DNA of 11,242 bases, from positions 1-11,242 of the forward strand of contig JAZDIZ010000007.1 in NCBI GenBank assembly GCA_043804515.1, in the 5' to 3' direction. This document shows positions 1-7,550 of the stretch, one piece after another. Made by a program: the position numbers and the translations under genes. Source of the stretch: Pseudomonadota bacterium. GTDB lineage: Bacteria > Bdellovibrionota_G > JALEGL01 > DATDPG01. Within the stretch, counting starts at the first letter, position 1, and each line of letters begins with the position of its first letter. Below the pieces are notes generated by a model, which was not told the origin of the DNA, did no database searches, and saw only the letters and a program-made list of their open reading frames with translations.

Positions 1-104
1 GTTTGTACAAGAGCTTCTTCCTCGGGATTGGAGTGGCAGTAAAGAAGCCCCATACATACGCCCGCCAGTAGGAGCCCGCTCACGCATTTGGTGAAAGCCT
101 GCAT
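1..104 (-). CDS. 5' part of an exported protein or lipoprotein directly downstream of the RHS gene (runs off the window); candidate immunity or partner protein
   Basis: Not in the ORF track. ATG at 104-102, 6 nt after the RHS stop. Frame is open to the window edge: MQAFTKCVSGLLLAGVCMGLLYCHSNPEEEALVQ. It has a basic N-terminus, a hydrophobic core and a possible lipobox Cys, then a polar segment. Confidence 0.6.
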   Translation of the reverse strand, partial: MQAFTKCVSGLLLAGVCMGLLYCHSNPEEEALVQ

Positions 105-110
105 GGCGTC

Positions 111-3100
111 TCATCTCACGATGACAAGTTTCTGCGCCTTCGCGTTATCGGGTCTCAGGAAATACATCCCCGAACCAAGGTTCGGGTTGTTGTAGCCGTT
201 CTTCCACTGACCGACTTCCCTGCCTCCCACATCAAATATCGGGCCCTTCGCGCCGGGTCTGAAGTCGACATTGAAATGGTCGGTCGCCGGATTTGGAGAG
301 AGCCTGAATTCCGTCCGGCCGCCTTGGGAGGGGGGCACGCTTGCCGTCGCCTGACTGAATTGCACCACGTTGCTCGGCGCGCTCCAATTACCGGCGTCAT
401 CACAAGCCACTACACAAGCGTAGCGAGTGTTCCCGTCTGCCGGAAGCTGGACCGTGCCACTGGCCGGTGTGCCGGGCTGGTCGGCCGGCACATCAAGGTG
501 AGTGATGACCGCGTTCTCGAACCAGTCAAGCGAAGGAACTCCGGATACAGCCTGCGTGCTGGAATACATATAGTACGGCAACGAAGGCAACAGACCGTAG
601 ATCCCGTCGTCGCCTGTATTCGTGAAGCGAAACGGAGCCGGGTATGTCCCCGCCGTCGCCGAAAGGGCCTCCGCCAGCGGCTTCGTCGCCGAAAGGGCGA
701 GAAGATCTTCCCGTTTCTTTTGCGTCAGCTTGGCAAGTTCGTCTTGCTCAGCCTGGGTTTGCTCGGCGCTCTTTCCGCTCACATCGGTGTTGTTGATGGG
801 GTTATTGAACGCGTACTCATACGGGTTCAGGCCGGACGGATGCTGCGGCGAGATCAAGGGATCGGCGGACGTGAACCTTCCGATGACGGGGTCGTAGTAG
901 CGGGCGTGGAGGTAGATCAGGCCGGTTTCGTCGTCCAGCCGCTGGCCGGTGAATCCGAGTGAGGAAGGCGGGGGGTTGGAAGGCGGGGGGAATTCCTCCC
1001 CGTAGGGCCGGTATTGCCGTGTGGCCGTGGCTTGGCCGGCGGCGTTGAAGACGGCATTGACCGAGCCCAGATGATCCGTATGGAGCCACTCGGTCTCGCT
1101 CCCGGTCTTCTGGGCGACCGGGAAGTCCCCGAACGGGACGAACTTTCTCATCCGACACGAGGAAATTTCGACGTCATCGCCGAGATAGACCGTTCTGGCG
1201 CCCAGGTAATCTTTGAAGATGCGGTCACCGTCGGCGTCGTACTGGAAGGAAGCATGACCGATCCAGACGGGTTTGTTCTCGCCGTTGTACACAATGGAGG
1301 TTCCCATCCGGTCCGTCATGTTGCCGTTGAGGTCATAGCCGTAGTCTTGACCCGAGCTTTCGATCCCGACATGCGTGACCGCCGTAGGACGTGTCGCTTT
1401 CGTCTCGGAGCAGGAACCGCCCCGGAACTGATCGGAGCCGGAACACTCGAAGTTCCCGAGAAGGCTGTTGGAGCGGATGTTCCCTGCCAGGTCGTACGTG
1501 AACGTTTGGTTTATCGAGGGTGTACCGGTGCGGCTCACGCCCACAAGCTGGTAAAGATCGTCATAGGAATAGATGATTGGAGTGGATCCTGCGGGGACCT
1601 CGAGGTTCTTCACGTTTCCGTGGTTGCCGTACGAGGCATAGTGCATCGAAAAGAGGGGGGTTGCTCCCTTAAGGACTTTGGAGTCTTTCAGCCAGCCCCG
1701 GCGTTCGTCGTATTCGCGCGAAAGCTTCGTGCCGTTGGCGTAGTCGAGCGAGAGCAAGTGTCCTGCGGCGTCGTACCAAGCATTGGAGGCCACGCCCGGG
1801 ACGGCCGATAATCTTCCTGCGAGATCGTACTGGATCGGGGCCTGGGGACTCCCGATTGAATCGCCGTCGGGCAAAGCGGCCCACAGAAGCCTTCCGGAGT
1901 CATCGACTTGCCATTGGGTCAGATAGGCGAGGTTGTCGATCCGACGGAGTTGCCCGGTCAGGTGTCCCAGGGCGTCGTAATTGAACTTGGTCGAGTATGA
2001 GGCGGTCGGGCCCGAGATGGAAGTTCTCCGGCCGATGTTGAACGCTCCGGGCCGCCGTTCGTCATAGCTGTACCGGAACTCTTGGGAGTCGCCGGCACAC
2101 GAGCCCACCCGGAGGGTTTTGCGGGTCATTCTTCCGAGCGGATCGTACTGGAACTCCGTGACCTGGCCGAGGGCGTCCATCCGGCGGACTTTCTGGCCCG
2201 CGGCGTTGAGCTCATCCCACGAAGCGCCGATGTGCGGGGAGGTCGTCCCGATCGTGCGGCCCAACGAATCGTACGTAAAGGTTTCCTGGTTTAAGTTGGC
2301 GTCCTTGACGACCGTGAGATTTCCCAGCAGGTCGTATTCAAATTCGCTCGTCATCTTCCAGCCGGCCGCAACCGGCACCCCGAATTGCGAAGGATTCTTG
2401 ATGTTGTGCTCGACTTTGATCGTCCGTCCGAAGATGTCGGACGTTTCACGCCGTTGCTGCCCTTCCTCGTCGGTCGTGGTCTTCGTGCGAACGCCGTAAT
2501 CGAAACGGACCTTCGTATTGTCCGCGTGCGTGATCACCTTGGGGCGGTCGAAGCTGTCGAACTCCGTGATTTCCGGATACGTGACGGAGGCGTCGTTATA
2601 GAAGGGAAGCAAGTTGTGGTAAGCCCTCCCGCGCCCGTCATAGAGCTGTTTGGACGAGATCGTCCATCCGTCGACGGGTCCGCGGGTTTTGGTGAGGAAG
2701 GTTCGCCCCAAGCCGTCAAAGTACTTCTCCGTGAACAGGTTCGGCTGCCCCGGGGCGCCCGGCGTTTCGCTCCTGACGAACTGGCCGTCCGGGATCCCGC
2801 AGGGATTACCCGTCGTGCCGCAGTAGCTGAAGGTCGCGTAGGAATTTGTGGCGGTGCCGTCGGGCAGATACTTCTGCATACGCGTGGGGCGGCAGAGACG
2901 GTCCATGTCGGTTCGGGTTTCCACTCCGTTCGCGTCCCATCCATGGGTCGGAACGCCGCAGATCGTGTCCCACATAGTGATGGTCTGCTGGCTTTTGGGG
3001 TTGGTCACCCACATGGGGAAGACGTGATAGGTCCAGTCGTACGTCGTGGTCGTGCGGTTTCCCAGGGGGTCCCAGCTCCTGGTGACATTGCCGTAGGAGT

Positions 3101-6100
3101 CGTACCCTTTCTGCTCGTAGGCATAATCGAGCCTCAGAGAACTGCTGCCGCTCCCACCGCCGACGCCAGGATCGTCGCTGACCATCCGGCTCACGGCCTC
3201 CGTCACAAATGTCCAGGCTCTGGAGAGGAACGATTCTCCCGATGAGGACGCGGCAACGCTCTGGAGGGGGTTCGGGCAGGACTGCGTTGAGATAGCGCTG
3301 GACGAGGGCGGCGGGTCGATCCAATGCGCGGTCTGCGTCAAATCCCCTTTGACGGGCGGCTTCGTGTAGTCGTCGTGACTGTTCTGACCGTCGTAGTAGA
3401 AGAGCTTTTCCTTCAGTTTCCGTCCGATGGACGAATACCCCTTCCCGTCGCCTTCGAAGACTTGAACGATAGCCGGAGCGCTTACGATATGTTTTTCGGT
3501 GTTCGGAGCGTACCCGGTCAGAGTCCTGAATTGATCGCCTGCGGCGTACTGGTCTCCCAGCTGAATCTCTCTCGTGACGTTCCCGAACTCATCGTAGTCG
3601 TACTCCACCCGCGAGGTCCGGTAATCCGTCCCGGAACTAAACGCGGAGCCATTCCACCAGCCGTCAAACGTCGAGTCATCCCTGGCCGCAAGCTTCGTCC
3701 TATAAGGTGGGTACGCCCCCTCGTGGTCCCATCGTCCCATCACCCAATAGTCGTTGACCGTCACCTTTCCCAGGCTGTTGACATACGGAATCCCTCCGTA
3801 CGTAAGCGTGGTCTCCGGAAGCACGGGCGCCCGACCATCCTGGAGAAAGTTGATTTCCGTGAACGAATTGCTGGGATCGGGCTGTCCCGTGGCCGTGGGA
3901 GGGTAGATCCGAACGGGCCGGAACCCGAGGAATCGGCCTCGCATGACATTCCCCACGTTGGATACCCCGCCTCGGAGGTATTTCCCCTTCCAGTACTCAT
4001 AGCGTGTCTCCGATGGAGCGGTTCCGCGTCCGTCGGAGACACTGACGGACTTCACAAGGTTCATGGGGGGGACCCCGACGCTCCACCAGTCGGAGGTCGT
4101 GTACGAAATTGTCTCGGTCCCTCCGTAGCCGTTTCGGGCTTGCTCCATGAGGTCCACGGCCGACGTCGCGGAGGGGTGGATCCTTACCCAACTGTCCACT
4201 CCCACTTGTTCCGCCACGGCCAGATCCTGGATGCCGTTGCCGTCGAAATCCCCGGTAAAGACACAATGGGGATGTGAAATGGTCACGCCGGTTGCGGCCA
4301 AGCGGTGGGAGGAGAAACCTGAATTGTAGGGCGGAACGGCTTCCGCCGAGTAGATCTTGGTGGAGGAGGAATCGAGGTTGATGACGTCGGCCCTTCCGTC
4401 GCCCGTGAAGTCCCCGATCGGAATCGAAGTCAGGTTATAGGAGCGGCTGCCGTTGAATATCCCGGACACGGGAGGACCTTGGACGGCCGGGGAGAACTTG
4501 CCGTTCCCCAACGACAGGTAGATCGGAATGGCTCTCGCCGGCGGCCCCGGTTCCGGCAGGATGGCGAGGTCGGCCTTTCCATCCCCGTTGAAGTCGGCCG
4601 CGCGAAACCGGCCGGCGGGACTGGGCCCTCCCAAGCTGTCGTTGTACGCAAACGAAAGGCCGGAATCGGGCATTTCCGCGAAGCTGTGGTTCCACCAATC
4701 GGCGCGATAGGTCTTGACATTATTTGGCGTGGCTTCGCCGTGGCCGGTCAGGACGGTGATTTCGGCGGCGTGATCCCCGTCGAGATCCGCTAAGACCACA
4801 CGATGGCGTTGAGCGGCGGCGTAAAACAGATCGTCCGCCAGATTCGGGTTTTGATCGATGTACCAGGGTTCCTCGAGATGGCCGGATGGCGTAAGGGGTC
4901 CGTACACCGGATCCTCGAAATAGGCATCCGGCTCGTCGCTGATCGTCCCATCCAGGTTAAGACTGGGCATGGCGCGGTAGATCTTGAGCGGCAAGTTGTC
5001 GTCCAACGTGCAATTCGGATCTCCGGTCAGGGTGCACTGGCACCACAGTTCTCCGTCAACGTCACACTCGCCGTAGAGAAGAATGTCGTCGGTGGCGTTC
5101 CCATCCACATCGGCCACCATGATCCTGTTGGCGGCCAGATAGGCAAACTGCGGATTGTAGGCCATGGTCGGACATTCGGGGTTGGATATGGGATCGCAGG
5201 ATGCAAGCTCGAACCACCAACTCGGAACGTACATTCGGGGCGCGTTGGCATTATCGGCCAGGACGAACGTCAGATTTCCCTGCGGATCGAGATCGGCAAG
5301 GTAGATCTGGATCTGCTCGAACGAGCCCCACCTCTTAACCCCGTAGGTCAGATCATCGACGGTAATGGGCAGAAACAGGAAGTCCGTTTTGCCGTCGCCG
5401 TTGAAATCCCCCGTCTTGATCTGAAGGCCGGCATTGAGAATGTGTTTCCAATCCCAGTTTTCCGGCCTGAACGTGATCTCGTTAAAACCGGACCCGGGCA
5501 CGCAGATCGAGAGCCAGATTCTGATCTGAGGCGGGTTATAGGACGGAGAGAGAAAATCCGTGCAGCCGTCGCCGTTGAAATCCCCCGACATCAACTCGTA
5601 GTTCCAACCGTTCGGGGGTTCGTTATACCGGGATGAAGGCACGGAGGATTTGCAGAACGTTCCGAAGGGATCCGACGCGACGGGATCCGCCATCTCAAAC
5701 GAGGGAAGGACATTCGTTCCCCGATAGGAGAAGGCCCGGGCGGGGAGAGCGGCGTCCAGCCCGGTCCCGGGGGTGAATGTGGCCGTATGGTTTCCGTTAT
5801 CTGCGATTGCGGCGCCCCGCCCATGCACCTGAATCGAGGCCACGACGCTCCGGTTCGTCATGCTGGTGGTCCCCTTCGGAAGATATGCAATGTCGTACAC
5901 GTTCCGAAGTCCGCCTCCCGCCCGCACCTCCGCAAAGCGCAGCCGGTAGGACATGGGCGCCAGGGAGACTCCCGTCGCGAAGCTCTCCCGATCGGGCCGA
6001 TTGCCCTCGTAATAGAACTTGACGCTCGTTCCGTTGTACGTCACCGAGTCCGGGTAGCACTCCCCGCCCGGCTCGCACCACCAGCGATAGTCCACCGTGT

Positions 6101-6872
6101 TCCCGTGCGGGTCCTCGGCTCTCTGAAGGCCCCATCTAAATGTGGAGGCGAAAGAGGACGTCGATCCCACCGTCAGCACCGGGCCGTACGTCAATCGGGT
6201 GCCGTTCGTCTGCGTGACCTGCCATTGGTTGGACGACTCGGTTTTGACGATCCGGAGATAGCTCTGAAATTCGGTGGAAAAATAGTCCCCCAGCCGGCCC
6301 GCATCGGCGTAGTGGCAGATCGGCCCGTACTCGGCGTTGGTGCTCGTGCACCTAATCAGCTGTTGGCCGTCCAGAAGAAAGATGTCCGAGCTCTCGTACC
6401 GGGGGCTCCCCAGGACCTTGGACGCCCGCTCGATCGTACCGAAACCCGAGAGATCCCAGCCCACCCCCATCAGGCCATTGCGGGAGCCGGAGCTGTAGGA
6501 AAACGTAAGTTTCGGCTCCATGCCGTGATACGCCGGCACGCCGATCGGGATGGAATGGGTATAGGCTCCGACGGATTCTTCCACGGTTCCGGGCTGGGTT
6601 ATCGCCTTCGCGCTGTCGGTACCCAGGACCGGATCGCTCCCGCGGGAAGCCGGGTTGTCGGCCAGCGTGGAAACGGATGCCGCCGCGGCCTCCAGGCTGA
6701 ATCCGGGGTCCGTCGCAGGCGAAACCACCGCTTCGGAAGAAGCCCTTTCCGCCGGCTCATCCGCCGTGTTCACGGCCTCTGCGAATTCCGTCGCGCGGAC
6801 GGAGAACGGAACACCTAGAGCTACGGCCAGAAGCAAAACGACCAGCCTGGGATGGTTCCATGAAAAGATCAT
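111..6872 (-). CDS. Large secreted RHS/YD-repeat protein (~2253 aa): signal peptide, SpvB-like N-terminal domain, FG-GAP/VCBS beta-propeller, TcdB toxin midN-like region, YD repeats, RHS-associated core, C-terminal FN3-like domain and T9SS-like tail
   Basis: Start placed at Met29 of the tracked ORF (ATG 6872-6870) because it overlaps the upstream stop (ATGA), has AGAAGG upstream and gives a signal peptide, MIFSWNHPRLVVLLLAVALGVPFSVRA. SpvB-type motif GAYTHSIPIGVP...PKLTFSYSS...GLMGVGWDL at ~6570-6450. Seven (G/A)D(F/V/L)xGxx-type repeats at ~5590-4220. midN-like NGYGGTETISY...RFLGF at ~4160-3915. Many YD repeats (YDEFGNV, YDSYGNV, YDLLGNL, YDSLGR, YDPLGR). Core motifs HTDHLGS, GFTGQRLDDETGLIYLHARYYDPVIGRFTSADP and NPYEYAFNNPINNTDVSG at ~1085-774. 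Confidence 0.93.
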   Translation of the reverse strand: MIFSWNHPRLVVLLLAVALGVPFSVRATEFAEAVNTADEPAERASSEAVVSPATDPGFSLEAAAASVSTLADNPASRGSDPVLGTDSAKAITQPGTVEESVGAYTHSIPIGVPAYHGMEPKLTFSYSSGSRNGLMGVGWDLSGFGTIERASKVLGSPRYESSDIFLLDGQQLIRCTSTNAEYGPICHYADAGRLGDYFSTEFQSYLRIVKTESSNQWQVTQTNGTRLTYGPVLTVGSTSSFASTFRWGLQRAEDPHGNTVDYRWWCEPGGECYPDSVTYNGTSVKFYYEGNRPDRESFATGVSLAPMSYRLRFAEVRAGGGLRNVYDIAYLPKGTTSMTNRSVVASIQVHGRGAAIADNGNHTATFTPGTGLDAALPARAFSYRGTNVLPSFEMADPVASDPFGTFCKSSVPSSRYNEPPNGWNYELMSGDFNGDGCTDFLSPSYNPPQIRIWLSICVPGSGFNEITFRPENWDWKHILNAGLQIKTGDFNGDGKTDFLFLPITVDDLTYGVKRWGSFEQIQIYLADLDPQGNLTFVLADNANAPRMYVPSWWFELASCDPISNPECPTMAYNPQFAYLAANRIMVADVDGNATDDILLYGECDVDGELWCQCTLTGDPNCTLDDNLPLKIYRAMPSLNLDGTISDEPDAYFEDPVYGPLTPSGHLEEPWYIDQNPNLADDLFYAAAQRHRVVLADLDGDHAAEITVLTGHGEATPNNVKTYRADWWNHSFAEMPDSGLSFAYNDSLGGPSPAGRFRAADFNGDGKADLAILPEPGPPARAIPIYLSLGNGKFSPAVQGPPVSGIFNGSRSYNLTSIPIGDFTGDGRADVINLDSSSTKIYSAEAVPPYNSGFSSHRLAATGVTISHPHCVFTGDFDGNGIQDLAVAEQVGVDSWVRIHPSATSAVDLMEQARNGYGGTETISYTTSDWWSVGVPPMNLVKSVSVSDGRGTAPSETRYEYWKGKYLRGGVSNVGNVMRGRFLGFRPVRIYPPTATGQPDPSNSFTEINFLQDGRAPVLPETTLTYGGIPYVNSLGKVTVNDYWVMGRWDHEGAYPPYRTKLAARDDSTFDGWWNGSAFSSGTDYRTSRVEYDYDEFGNVTREIQLGDQYAAGDQFRTLTGYAPNTEKHIVSAPAIVQVFEGDGKGYSSIGRKLKEKLFYYDGQNSHDDYTKPPVKGDLTQTAHWIDPPPSSSAISTQSCPNPLQSVAASSSGESFLSRAWTFVTEAVSRMVSDDPGVGGGSGSSSLRLDYAYEQKGYDSYGNVTRSWDPLGNRTTTTYDWTYHVFPMWVTNPKSQQTITMWDTICGVPTHGWDANGVETRTDMDRLCRPTRMQKYLPDGTATNSYATFSYCGTTGNPCGIPDGQFVRSETPGAPGQPNLFTEKYFDGLGRTFLTKTRGPVDGWTISSKQLYDGRGRAYHNLLPFYNDASVTYPEITEFDSFDRPKVITHADNTKVRFDYGVRTKTTTDEEGQQRRETSDIFGRTIKVEHNIKNPSQFGVPVAAGWKMTSEFEYDLLGNLTVVKDANLNQETFTYDSLGRTIGTTSPHIGASWDELNAAGQKVRRMDALGQVTEFQYDPLGRMTRKTLRVGSCAGDSQEFRYSYDERRPGAFNIGRRTSISGPTASYSTKFNYDALGHLTGQLRRIDNLAYLTQWQVDDSGRLLWAALPDGDSIGSPQAPIQYDLAGRLSAVPGVASNAWYDAAGHLLSLDYANGTKLSREYDERRGWLKDSKVLKGATPLFSMHYASYGNHGNVKNLEVPAGSTPIIYSYDDLYQLVGVSRTGTPSINQTFTYDLAGNIRSNSLLGNFECSGSDQFRGGSCSETKATRPTAVTHVGIESSGQDYGYDLNGNMTDRMGTSIVYNGENKPVWIGHASFQYDADGDRIFKDYLGARTVYLGDDVEISSCRMRKFVPFGDFPVAQKTGSETEWLHTDHLGSVNAVFNAAGQATATRQYRPYGEEFPPPSNPPPSSLGFTGQRLDDETGLIYLHARYYDPVIGRFTSADPLISPQHPSGLNPYEYAFNNPINNTDVSGKSAEQTQAEQDELAKLTQKKREDLLALSATKPLAEALSATAGTYPAPFRFTNTGDDGIYGLLPSLPYYMYSSTQAVSGVPSLDWFENAVITHLDVPADQPGTPASGTVQLPADGNTRYACVVACDDAGNWSAPSNVVQFSQATASVPPSQGGRTEFRLSPNPATDHFNVDFRPGAKGPIFDVGGREVGQWKNGYNNPNLGSGMYFLRPDNAKAQKLVIVR
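654..698. repeat. 15-bp exact direct repeat (CGTCGCCGAAAGGGC x2) inside the RHS C-terminal region
   Basis: Copies at 654-668 and 684-698, 30 nt apart. They encode ALSAT twice in ALSATKPLAEALSAT. Confidence 0.85.
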
Positions 6873-7267
6873 GGGCAGACCCTTCTGGCCTCGCTGTAAT
6901 ACCGAACACCGGCGGGAAGCGTCGTGGTGCCGCAGTCGGCCGAGGCGCCGTTGCACGGCGTGCGGGTCTCAAAATCACAGATGAACTCGGAAGTCCTGAA
7001 CCGGCAGTCCCGCGTGCAGCAGATCCCACCATCACATTGCTCGCCGGCTTCGATCCAGCCGTTCCCGCAGACCGGGGGAAGGGATCCGCCCCCGCCGTCG
7101 TCGACTTGCGCTTGCATTGGATGTCTACTGTCCGTACTGCTGTGAGTTCCGACTGAAGAATCCGGAAGCGAAGAGCCCGACGAGGAGTTCCCGCCACTGC
7201 AGCTCGTCAGAAGAAGCAAGAGGACTATGATCCAGCAGGGCCATCCAGGGGTTTTGCAGGGCACCAT
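6869..7267 (-). CDS. Cys-rich lipoprotein (~132 aa) with a myxococcal Cys-rich-repeat/disintegrin-like domain
   Basis: Lipoprotein signal WIIVLLLLLTS|C, then a Ser/Gly linker, then CGNGWIEAGEQCDGGICCTRDCRF...C...CNGASADC. ATG at 7267 is preceded by AAGGAAG; alternative start is GTG at 7294. Its TGA overlaps the RHS ATG. Confidence 0.8.
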   Translation of the reverse strand: MVPCKTPGWPCWIIVLLLLLTSCSGGNSSSGSSLPDSSVGTHSSTDSRHPMQAQVDDGGGGSLPPVCGNGWIEAGEQCDGGICCTRDCRFRTSEFICDFETRTPCNGASADCGTTTLPAGVRYYSEARRVCP

Positions 7268-7322
7268 GACTTCCTTCAACGGAAGAGTGTTCACGTACCG
7301 TGCCAGGAACGAGGATCAAGAC

Positions 7323-7351
7323 ATTCTTGTATTTTCAAAGACTTACGGCAA
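7323..7351 (-). promoter_or_regulatory. Possible sigma70-type promoter for the lipoprotein-RHS operon
   Basis: TTGCCG (7351-7346), a 17-nt spacer and AAGAAT (7328-7323) in an AT-rich patch ~55 nt upstream of the ATG at 7267. Both boxes match consensus only partly. Confidence 0.3.
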
Positions 7352-7504
7352 CGCACCGGACCGCCAGCTATGCAAAAATTTCAACCGGACGGAACTTTTT
7401 GTTACGTTTCCCGGGCCGCAAACGCGCTTCAAGCGCTACACCTGTGTCCGTCCGGACCACGGCCAAGCGTCGGAAAAACCGATCGAATTCCAGTCTTTTT
7501 ACGG

Positions 7505-7550
7505 GGCCTGGGTTCTGATCTCAGGGGACGGCTGTCCCCCGCTCCAGGCC
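7505..7550. repeat. GC-rich nested inverted repeat (REP-like hairpin)
   Basis: Outer arms GGCCTGG (7505-7511) and CCAGGCC (7544-7550) enclose GGGGAC-GGCT-GTCCCC (7524-7539). It is intergenic, ~100 nt downstream of the stop of the 7655-8941 gene. Confidence 0.5.

Noticed and set aside
6869..6872. Frameshifted single gene joining the lipoprotein and the RHS protein
   Set aside because: The RHS protein has its own signal peptide and the junction is a standard ATGA coupling with no slippery run.
6873..6956. 28-codon N-terminal extension of the RHS ORF given in the track
   Set aside because: It overlaps the lipoprotein gene and buries the signal peptide. Met29 has an ATGA overlap and an RBS-like sequence.
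155..6984. Many long alternative-frame and antisense ORFs inside the RHS gene (e.g. 276-962, 3324-4277, 4803-5636, 5787-6818)
   Set aside because: Typical shadow ORFs of a GC-rich coding strand. They are Arg/Gly/Val-rich, have no motifs and overlap a well-supported gene.
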